Of a stretch of DNA of 36,020 nt, positions 10,291-20,574 are shown in pieces. The position numbers and the translations under genes were made by a program. Each line of letters starts with the position of its first letter. Positions within the stretch are counted from its first letter, which is position 1. Below the pieces are notes generated by a model that saw only the letters and a program-made list of their open reading frames with translations, was not told where the DNA came from and searched no databases. Source of the stretch: Hyphochytrium catenoides (taxonomy: Eukaryota; Protista; Hyphochytriomycota); NCBI GenBank assembly GCA_900088475.1, contig FLMG01003597.1, positions 1-36,020 on the forward strand, in the 5' to 3' direction.

Positions 10291-11052
10291 ATGGTGGTCT
10301 TTGTCTTGAGCGTGAAGGCCGATTTGGAGAATGTATCGGTGCTGAAGGCGCCACCTCTTCATCAGTGGTGCTTGGATGTCAAGCAGTCCGACGGAGAAGA
10401 GACTCGAGAAGGAATCTTCGTCTCCGAGGAAGAGTCACATGAGCTCACTGGAAGCCGTGGAACGGCGCATTGTGTGCTAAAGTTCCCGGGTTCGAAGAAA
10501 GAGAGCTATCTCAACGTCGTCCGGGACCTCAAGAAGGTCATTAGAGAGTACACAGGTGAGGAGACAGCTCTAGGGAGAAGGCGCGCAACTCCCTCGGAGG
10601 AGCTGCCAACTGGCTATCTTGGGAGCCAAGAGACGGGCGGCGCGTGACATCTAGTGACAGATTTAGAGAAAGTTCTGAGAGAAGATAGAGAAGACAGGCA
10701 GATTGACTAAGTCAACAAAGGCCAGCTAAGGCCTTGCCACTTCCTGTCTCCTGTCCACTTCAAGAACGACCCTTCTTCTCCCTGAAGTCTGACGTTTTCA
10801 ACTTGTCTCTCTCTCGTTCTCACCCCTTCAGCCAACGATAGCGGCCAGTATGTCCCCATCGTAGCCTTTGACTGTCGGGGCCTTGAACCTACTAAATGGT
10901 ATCCAGAGAGCGGCTACACGGTCATCTCTGCTGGAGGAAAGGAGTTTACTGAGGTGGACCTCAAGGAAGATTGGGCGGAATATGATGAGGATGCCGAAGA
11001 GTCTGTAGGAGTCTATGGGCTCGAGTATAAGTTAGAGGTTCACAGAGGCTAG
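10291..11052 (+). CDS. CZIB: DUF866/UPF0587 (CZIB/C1orf123-family) protein lacking CXXC motifs, 161 aa
   Basis: Exons 10291-10555 and 10832-11052. Family motifs KADLENV, GSRGTAH, IVAFDCRGLEP, EVDLKEDWAEYDE..ESVGVY. Confidence 0.93.
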
Positions 11053-11421
11053 ACCACCGGGGAGGACGTCAAAGGATACGCAAAGGGAGATAAGGTTGCG
11101 TTATCAAGATCATGAGTCTCAAGAGAGAGAAAGAGAGAGTCTTAAGCAATGGGCTTTCAGATAAGATGGCAGAGAGCGCAAGAAAGAGTTTGCTTGCAAG
11201 GGCAAGAGAGGAGTGTCCAACGTCATTCTCCAGCTGCCCTGCGGAAGGACCTAGGGCTGTATCCAGAGCCAAGGCGAATAGGAATGAAACAGTGCAGAAC
11301 CAAGAAGATCACCAGTTGGCAGCCCGGAAGGAGTGATTATCGTCTCTAAGTAAAGTTGTCACTGAGTGGACTCTTAGCGCGCATCCTCGCGTTAACTCTT
11401 CATAGAGGTATAAGTCCTCCC

Positions 11422-13352
11422 TCATTCGTCATTGTCGTGGAAACAAGCGTTAAGGCTGGCGCGGTCCACCGCAAGACTGTCGCAGACAATCTCTCTCCTA
11501 CGAGGGAGAAGGAAGCCGGTCATGGCGATTTCATAAAAAGAGGAATATTTTGAACTTCTCCTAATCTTCTCCACAGCACGATGAACAGAGGCGGGAGACG
11601 CGTCTTCCTCTCCGTACGCTTCTGTGAAAGTGTACATTAGCCTCCAGGAGGGGTCTGCCATGAGAAAGTCATAGAAGAAAGTATAGATCTCCTCAGTCTT
11701 CTTCTCTTCAGGGTTCATCTTGATGAGCTTGAAGCTCGGGTTGACCGCCTCTTTTTGAACCTTACCAGGTACGCCTCCTCCTGGGGCGACGAAGAGGAAG
11801 AGTTCAGTGAAGAGAACGACGCCCTGGACTCCAGCTGATCTCCCTCCTGATCCTTATTCTTTGTCCTTGCTCTTCTGGTCAATCGGCCATTCATTCAGCT
11901 CCTTCCCCTTCCTTACCCCTGCCTTGCCCCCTACCTGTCGGAGTGATCCCTCCTCCCACGAAGGCAGCAGCTTTGTGAGACAGAGAGCGGAGCATCTCTT
12001 TGGAGTGATGACCAAATATCTGTAGAGCGATGATAGGAGCGAACTTATCCACTAAATGCAGGTAACGTGGCACCCGCTCAGGAGCCCAGTCAGGCTCAGA
12101 GAAGAAGATTCCTGGCGGGGTATGTCCACCTATAATCACCAGGTGGTCCATCTGTAAGAATCGGGAAGAGAGATCAGTGAAGCCTTGACTACGAGTAGAT
12201 GAAGAGCAATAAAGCCAACCGGTGGGGCAGCCAACATACAAAGTCTCTGGCAGAGTGAGGACAGCCTAGGGGAAGAGGACATGATGTCAAAGGGAAGCGA
12301 AGAGAGAGAAAGACAGCACCAGAGGACCTGAAACTATCAAGCGATCGTGACAGAGAGAGCGCTACCTCTTCCGCCTTCTGGAGCTGCTTCTCCAGCCAAA
12401 CAAACTGCTCTTCGGCTAAGCTGTCAGCTGATTTGTTAAGCGCGGAGTTGTCATAGACGGAGCTCAGCAACCCGGTGTTCAGCGCGACGAAAGTGAGCTT
12501 CTGATGGCGATTCTCATAGGAAAAGCACCCTAGCTGCGTAAAGAGAGACAAGTCATACTCCTCTCCTCTATGTGTAAGGCTACTCTTCACTTCTTCCCTC
12601 CCTAGGTGCTTCTCATGAAGCTTGAGAATCTGTAGGAGGCGTTCCAGCTCACTCTTTGAGTACCTATTCACGGGAACTAAGTCATTGTTCCCGGTCACAA
12701 AGACTATTGGCACACCCGGAAAGGCTTCTTCTAGTAGCGTCATGACTGATCTCTGTATACCATCGGCCACCTTGGCGTTGAGAACATTATGTGCCACCAG
12801 ATCCCCGGTTAGCATCACAATGTCAGGCCTTTGTATGCGGAATGTGGGATCTTCAGAAGCCAATTCTCCGCTCTTAATGGCCCACAAAAGTGCCTGAAGA
12901 AAGCTCAACGGAGGATCGCAGCCTGAGAGTACCTCCAGATTCTTGACGGGCCCTAGATGCACCTTTGTAGCAGCGTTGCGAGCAGCATTCGCGCAATAAG
13001 TAGAGTCTTCCTTGTCCTCTCCTGCCAGACAACGCTGGTCTCGGCAGAGACCCAGCTTAGTCATATTTGGCACGAACCAGGGTTCGATGTGAAGATCTGT
13101 AAGGTGCAAGACGTAGAGAGGCTGCTGCTGCTTCTCAGTCTTCTGAGTCTTCTGAAACAAAGTGTATAATTCAGATACGCCATCCTTATGTCGCGGACTC
13201 ACAACCCAGACGGTCAGTGCTACCAGCAGCACGACAGAGATAAGCAACAACTGGTGCAGCAATCGAAGCCGCCGCATTTGCTGGGTGAAGTTAGATAAGG
13301 AAGTTGATACTTGCTGCTCCACAGCAGTGAAAGTCCCATAAAGATCTGGCAT
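11422..13352 (-). CDS. Type II membrane calcineurin-like metallophosphoesterase of the acid sphingomyelinase-like / Ppn1 endopolyphosphatase group, 520 aa
   Basis: Exons 13352-12366, 12151-11935, 11780-11422 in frame. N-terminal TM helix (LLLISVVLLVALTVWVV); motifs LHLTDLH, GCDPP, LTGDLVAH, GNND, QFVWLEKQL, GHTPPG, FGHHS, NPSFKL, WRLMYTFTEAYG. Confidence 0.9.
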
Positions 13353-13946
13353 GGTAGGAAGATTCTCTTCAGCCAGTCCCTAACCTAGTCTCCTCTGTAC
13401 CCTTTAGGAGAAGAAGTGGCGTGGTTCACATCTATCAAATTGCCTAGGTGAGACGGGTTGTCTAGTGTACAGCCAATCATTTCTGCAGTCAGTTGCTCAC
13501 CCCTTTTCGAGTATTCTAGTAGATCTTGCCAGCAGCAGAGAGCCTTGCACCCTGCCTGATCATCCTCTGAAGACCAGTGTACGTCATTTATCCCCAAAGC
13601 TCGCAGGAAGCTTCGGAGAGGAAATGAGAGACTGGGAGTTCACAGATTTGATGATGCAGATTTTTGAGCTCAATGAACATCTTCAGAACTGCAAGGAGCC
13701 GTTAGCGGTCACATCCATGCGAAATTGTCGTTTCGGAATACCAAAATGTAATTTTACTTTTTTTCTGCAGTGATTGTACGATTTCCCGGGAGGTTTCAGA
13801 AGGGTGATGATCAGAACCCAGAAGTACTAGGAACTAAGACTGTGATATATTGTTGCTGCTCTTTGACCTTAAAACATTCTCTTTCGCATCCTCTCTCTCG
13901 CTCTCTCTCTCTCTCTCGCTCGCTCTCTCTCTCTCGCTCTCTCTCT

Positions 13947-15985
13947 NNNNNNNNNNNNNNNNNNNNNNNNNNNNNNNNNNNNNNNNNNGCTCCCTCGCTC
14001 TCCATACCTCTCTCGCTCTTGCTCTCTCTCTCTCCCCTCCTCACTCTCTCCCTCTCTCTCTCTTTCTTTTCACCCTTCTCACATGCTTTCTCTAATCCTC
14101 TTTTCTATTTCCTCTGGGTTCAAGTTCTTCATCTTCGCCTGGCAGCTCTTTTCTCTCTATTTCTCGTTTCTTGCCGGGGTCTCCCTCTAAAGGCTGTTGC
14201 CCTTCGCTCCCTTGCTGTCTGCTGCACCTCTTCCTAGTCCCTGACGCTGTCCTCAGTCTACTAGCACCTTACCTAGAGCTATATCCGAGGTCAAGCGCCC
14301 TCTTCCCTACCCTGAACGACACTTTTTCCCGACGTCTTTTCTCTCTCTCTCTCTTCCCGTCCGACCGTCTTTCTTTTCTCTCCTTTTCCCTTACCGTGAA
14401 CACTGTCTATCCTTGCCCGTCACCTTGCACTTATCTCCCTGTTCTCTTCTCTGCTCAGTCACGGTATGCTAGACGGCATAAAGCCCTATCTGTCACTGAC
14501 TGCCTAGCAAACAGAAGAGAGAGAGAGAGAGAAAGAGTGAGAGAGAGAAGAGAGAGCGAGTGAGAGAGAAAGAGAGAGATGGATGACATTGAAGAGGTGG
14601 TGGACGACATTGCCTCGAAAGCCTCAGTCATTGAGGAAGAGGAGGCAGAGGACTATGGAGAAGACTTCGAAGATGAAGAAGAAGCCGCAACTCGTCCTCC
14701 TCTCTCTGTCCCTGTCGCCTCATCACAGCCTTCCAAGCCTCCTCCCGCCCCTGTTAGCCTGACAGTGAAGCCAATAAAGAGTGAGGCTGCTCCAGCTCCT
14801 GCCACTAACAAATCTATGGGCAAGAGCTTGGAAGCGTCTTATGGCTCCTACAGCGGAGACTTTGAAAAGGAGGCGTCTCAGTCTCTCTCTCTAGCTTTAG
14901 AAGAGAAGAAGCCGTCAGTATCTCTCTCTCCTCCTCCTGATGTCTCCTCCTCTCAGGGCAGTCAGCCAACGAAGAACGCTCTCCGGCCGTGGAGCCTCAA
15001 ACCTTCCTCCTCTTCTCCTAAGAAAGAGAGCATTCCTCTCTCTCCTCCTGATACGCTTTCGGCTACTCCGTCAGTGACCCTTCCTTCCTCTCTATCTATC
15101 GCTCCCTCTCCTCCTGCTCTACCTCTTCATGCCACGCCACCAATGAAGAGAGACAGCGCTCCGTCTCTCCTTTCCTCTCTCTCTCCCTCTCTTCCTCCTC
15201 CTGCCCCACAGAGTGTGACAGTGGCAACAACCACAGCCACAACTTCAATAGAATATGAGGAGGCAAAAGCTGCTCTAGTTCGGACGATCGAGGAGAGAGA
15301 GAGAGTAGAAAGGGAGAGAAAAGGACTCGAGAACTCTAAAGAAGAGCTCGAGAGACAGGCAGGAGAGCTCAGACTGGAGCTTGAGAAGATATCTAGGGAA
15401 CAAAGAGAGGACAGCGCCGCCAACCGGAAAGCTGCAGAAGATCTTCAGAAGCAGTTGAGGGAGACATCAGGAGCTCTACTGCTTGCTTCCAGAAGAGCAC
15501 AGGTCCATCCTCCTTGTTATCACTCTCATCCTCACTTCTCTGTCTTTCTGTCTCTCTCCCTCTTTGGGCACCCGCCTCTCTTTTTCAGTCTCTCTCCTCT
15601 TCAGTCTCCTTTTTGCTCTCTCTCTCTCTCTCTCTCTCGCTCGCTCTCGGTCTCTCTCTTCTTACATCTTTCCGCTCTCTCTATTCATTCTCTATCCGTT
15701 AGTTCCATTGTCTCCATTTTTCCGCCTTCATTTCTCTTCCCGAGTAACTACTCTCCTTCCCTGCATCTCAATCCGTTTTTTATCTCCCTTATTCCTCTTC
15801 TGACGATTTTTGTCTCTCTCTCTCTCTCTGCTCCTCTACCTCTTGCCTAATGTAGGAGTTAGAGAAGGAGAAGGTGGAGCTAAGCCGCACAAGACAGGAC
15901 CTAGAAGGAAAGACGAAAGAGTTGCAGGAACAACTCCTGCTGGAGAAAGTCAAGCAGCAGGAGGAGCTCAGGATTCGAAGAGAGG

Positions 15986-16044
<59 letters not shown>

Positions 16045-16835
16045 CTCTCTTTCATACCCAATTTCCTTTCTCTTTCTATGTGTCTCTGTCGCTCTCTTTG
16101 TCTCTCAATCTCTTCCTCGATACCTCTTCTCTCTTCCTCTTCTTCTTGACCTTTCCCTCTCTTTGGTCTCTCTCTCTTCAGTTGAGTAGGGTGGTCAGGT
16201 ACTCTCACAGTCCGCCATTACTCTTAACCTTCTGACTGTTACTTACTCTTCTTCTCTCTTCTCTCTTCGGTTGTAGATCCTAGAGTCGAAGAAAAAGAGA
16301 GCCGAAAAGAGACGTCAAGAGTATGAGCAGAACCTTGCTGCTTGCAAGAAAGAGCTGCAGGAAGCTCGCGACCTGAACAAGAGGCAAGAAGAAATTATAA
16401 GGTCAGGGATGGAAGAAAAACTAAGTGAGAGAGAAGAAGAGAGAGAGGAGAGAGAGTGAAGAGTACATCAGTCACTCGCCTCCTGACTTCACTTCTCTCC
16501 TCCTCGTCATCGCCGGCGCCAAGTCTCTCTCTGCTATCTTTTCGCATTTTTGGAGCTACTTCATGCCTCTCTCTCTCTCTCTCTCNNNNNNNNNNNNNNN
16601 NNNNNNNNNNNNNNNNNNNNNNNNNNNNNNNNNCTCTCTCTCTCTCTCTCTCTCTCTCGCTCTCTCGCTCTCGCTCTTTCTCTTTCTCTTTCCTTCTTTC
16701 TTTCTCTCACTTTTTCCTGTCTCTCTTTTCATACTATGTGCGTTTTACCATATCCACTTCTCCATGGCATCTCACGTTTTGGTCTCTTCTAAATCCCCTA
16801 AATTATGCAATCAGCAGTTAGTCCTCTCTGATCTC

Positions 16836-16871
<36 letters not shown>

Positions 16872-17278
16872 NNNNNNNNNNNNNNNNNNNNNNNNNNNNN
16901 NNNNNNCGCGCCATGTCTATCCCTCCTCCTTACCATGATTCTCTCTTTACACGTCTCTCGCTGCAGTGAACAATCCCAGAGACTCTCTTCGCTAGACCAA
17001 ACACTAGAGGCAACAGTCTCAGAGCTGAAAGCCTCAGAGAAGAGAGCGCATGAGCTGTGGGAAGAGCTCAGGGCGAGGACCAAAGACCTGGAAGAAGAGA
17101 GAAAAAGAAGGGGAGAGGAAGAGAAGAAGAGAAAAGATGAAGAAGAGAAACGGAGAGATATAGAAGAAGCATTCAAGCATAAGGATGATGGACATAAGAT
17201 GGAGCTCGAGGTACAGAGGAGAAAATTTGAGGTAGAAGTGGAGACATTGAAGGTAAACTGCGCTTCTGATCTCTCCCC

Positions 17279-17309
<31 letters not shown>

Positions 17310-19036
17310 NNNNNNNNNNNNNNNNNNNNNNNNNNNNNNTCTTGCTCTTCCCCTCCTCTTCTCTCCTTCCTTATAATTCTGTCGCTCTAACGTATGCCCG
17401 TTCACTTTCTTTCTCCATCCAAACCAGTGAGCTCCTCTTCTGGCCATGCAATTCGGCCTCTTCATCTATAAGAACCTCTTCATCTTCATTACCGTTCACT
17501 TTCTCCCTCTCTCACTCTCTCTCTTTATGCCTCCTCTCTCTCTCTCTTCCTCAGGAGAATATAAAAGCCCTTCGTCAGCAACATGAAGAAGAGCGCCTTC
17601 GTCTGCCTGTAGAGAGAGAGAAGATCTTAAGAGACGAGTATGCCCGCTTAGAATCCCTGGAGAAGAGGTTGAGAGAGGAAGAGACGAAACAAAGACAGGA
17701 TATTTCCGAAGAGAGAGCCAAGCTAACACAGGTTGTCTTCCTCTTTCTCTTCTCTCTCCTCCCCTGCATTCTTGGGCTGCTCAGTTCTTTCTCGATGTTG
17801 CTGGAAAGGATGTATCCCCAACTATTTCTCTTTCTCTCTCTCCCTTTCTCTCTTCTCGGCCCTTGCTATTCCAACATGTCTGAACACCTGAAATGACAGT
17901 CTCAAATGTTCTTCTTTCGGTTCTCTCTCTTTCTCTCCTTGGCAGATGAAGCTCTCAATGGAGGTCACGCAACAGGCTGCAGAGAAGAGAGCTGCAGACA
18001 CAATAGAGGAAGCAAGGATTCAGGTCCTGCTTCTCCTGCTTATTGTTTACGTTCTCGATCTCTCTTCTTTCTCTCTTGTTTTATCTGTCCGTCTGTTTCG
18101 TTGTCTCTCTCAACTTCTCTCCCTGACTTTCCTCTATCTGTCTCTCTCTCTTCTTTATCCTCTCTCTCTCTCTTCTTTCTCTCTCTCTCTCTCCCTCCGG
18201 GAAACTAGAAGCGAAAGTTTGCCCTTCCGCCTTCCACATCTCCTGATTGTCTTTGCTTTCTCTTCTTTGTGCCTCCGTCAAGTGAGGTGCTCTCTCTTCT
18301 GCTTTGTGACTCAATCTTTCTCTCTTCCTCTCTTGCCCCTTGGTTGCTAACTTTGATATTAGATTATCCGAGAGCGAGAGCTGATTGATCAACAGCGCCA
18401 GCAGCTGATGCAGAGCACTGTACAGTCGACTGAGAGAATGGATAAGGAGAGACAAAAGCTGATAGAGATGAGGTATCAGCTCTCTGTTGTCTTCTCTTTA
18501 TTCTCTCTCTCTGGGCTCTCTGGCTCTCTCTCTCGCCTCTCTCTCGCTCTTCCTTGAAACGCTACATTCTTCCCTGAACTCTCTTTCTCTCGTCCTCACG
18601 ATGCGCATAGGGAGCAGCTTGAGCGTCTGAGGATCGAGACAGTAGAGGAAAAGACTCTTCTAGTGACTCAAAAGGCCTTTCTTGAGCCTCAGCTGCAGAG
18701 ACTGAAGCAAGAGGAAAGGCGGATTGACGGGAAGAGAGAAGAAGTAGAAGTTCTAGGCAGAGCAGCGCTGGAGAGAAGTAACAAGGTAAGACAGAAGGGG
18801 CCGGAGAAGGGAGGGAAAGCAGTAAAGAAAGAGGAAGGTCTGACTATAAGTGAAAGCAGAAGCAGAGGGCAACCAGTGAAGGAGAGAGAAGAGAGAGAGA
18901 ACCATAAGAGAGGAATACAGAGGGAGAAGGTTAAGAGACGATAAAACAAAGGAGAGAGAGAGAGAGAGAGAGAGANNNNNNNNNNNNNNNNNNNNNNNNN
19001 NNNNNNNNNNNNNNNNNNNNNNNNNNNNNNNNNNNN
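13947..19036. other. Five assembly gaps (about 13947-13988, 16586-16633, 16872-16906, 17310-17339, 18976-19036), all within CT/GA microsatellites
   Basis: N runs adjoining (CT)n or (GA)n tracts; none interrupts a predicted exon. Confidence 0.95.
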
Positions 19037-20070
19037 AGAGAGAGAGAGACAGAGAGAGAGAGAAGAAAAAGAGAGAGAGACAGAGAGAGAGAGAAAGAGA
19101 GAAGAAAAAGAGAGAATGACGGGGAGTTGTAGAGACTTACTCTCTCGTCGTATAAGATTGTGGCCCAAGAAGAGGAGCTGCGAGAAAAGGAGAAAGCGCT
19201 CGACGCAAGAAAGAAAGAGATAAAAGAGAGCTTGGACCTGCTTAGAAGGGAGAAAGAGGACGTAGACAGAGAGAAAGAAGAGATGAGAAAGCAACAAAGG
19301 CAGATTACCCTCGCCAAACAACTTCTCTTGGAAGAGAGCGAGGTGAGCCAACCCCTCTCTTCCTCTCTCATAAGCGTCCTCTACCTGGCTGTCGCTTAGC
19401 TCTTTGGGACTGTTTTCTATCTCTTCTGGACTCTCTCTTTTTCTTGTCTGGTATGTCTGTCGGGTTCTAAACCTTCTCCCCTCCTGTCTTCTACGTCACT
19501 CTTTGGTTTGTCCTTACGACTTTCTCTCTGTCGCTCCTACCCATTGTGCAGTTTGTTGAAGGAGAGAGAGAGAGAGCGAAGCAGGCCATAGAGCAAGCGC
19601 GCAAGCTTGAGAATCTCCTCAAGCAGCAATTTGCCATGCAGTCTTTCCGCTCGGTTCCCTCCTCTTCATATGGCTATCCTCCTCCTCCTCCGCCGCTCAC
19701 TTATCCTAGTCAGTCCGGTACCTTCCTCTACCCCTCAGACTGGACAGTCTATCAGGGAGGCGCCATGTATCAAGACTCTTTCTCTCCCTCTCTTACTCCT
19801 GTCTATCCTCTCTCTTCCCCACCTCTCTACTATGGCATGAACAATAACCAGGCAGTGAGGAAAGAGGAGGAAAGGCCCGAAGTAGAAGAAACAGCAGAAG
19901 AAGCAGGGATCAGAAAGAAAGAAAACGTGTCGCTCTCTTCTCCGCCTTCACCTCCAACGACTGGATCAGGTCAAGAAGATAAGGAAGAGACTATGAGCCC
20001 TGCCTACTTGGCGCAACAGCAGCAGAAGCTGAAGGCTTGGCTGCAACAGAAAGAGCCTCTAGCCTCATAA
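14579..20070 (+). CDS. Long coiled-coil protein, 902 aa (acidic N-terminus, S/P-rich linker, coiled coil, Y/P/S-rich tail); possibly centriolar/ciliary
   Basis: Ten exons splice in frame with GT-AG: 14579-15502, 15856-15984, 16277-16401, 16967-17252, 17555-17731, 17946-18023, 18363-18472, 18611-18785, 19157-19342, 19552-20070. E/K/R/Q-rich heptads. Function is inference only. Confidence 0.85.
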
Positions 20071-20368
20071 TAGACGGATTATTCTCTTCGTAGATGAAAG
20101 GAGTACGATGAGAAAGAGATCAGGGAGAGAAGATGGGCCCTTCTCTTCTTTTTTCGATCGTCCTTCACGTCACTGTTTTGCTATCCTTCTTCTTCCCTTT
20201 CAGCACCTAATCCCCTGGATAGCGTGCTGTCCTCTCTTTCTCTCTCTTCTCTCTCTATCTATATGTCTATCTATCTATCAGTTGTTGCTCTCACCCCTTC
20301 TTGACATCTAATAAAGCTTGAGCGCTCACAAATAAGAATCCCATGCGTAAATTTTCATAAATAATCAA

Positions 20369-20574
20369 ACCTAGCCACCTGGAGGCTCCGGAGCTTGCTC
20401 AGTGACAATTAACGAGAGAGTATCTCCTCCTTCCCGGCCTCTTAGACTTCCAGTGTTATCTAAGTCAAACTAGCTACCTAGCTACCTGGAGGCTCCGGAG
20501 CTTGCTTGGTGACAATTAACGAGAGAGTATCTCCTCCTTCCCGGCCTCTTAAACTTCCAGTGTTATCTATGTCA
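20369..20574. repeat. Tandem duplication of the DHHC gene 3' end (99-bp unit, 107-bp period)
   Basis: 20369-20467 vs 20476-20574, 5 substitutions; the unit includes the stop codon. Confidence 0.95.

Noticed and set aside
11374-11395. Hairpin ttagcgcg-catcct-cgcgttaa between convergent genes
   Set aside because: Single short stem with a G-T pair, within chance expectation; no SECIS or terminator features.
5281-19371. Many long L/S-rich or R/E-rich ORFs (e.g. 5285..5731, 16425..17390, 18689..19351)
   Set aside because: Translations of (CT)n/(GA)n intron tracts or antisense shadows of coiled-coil exons.
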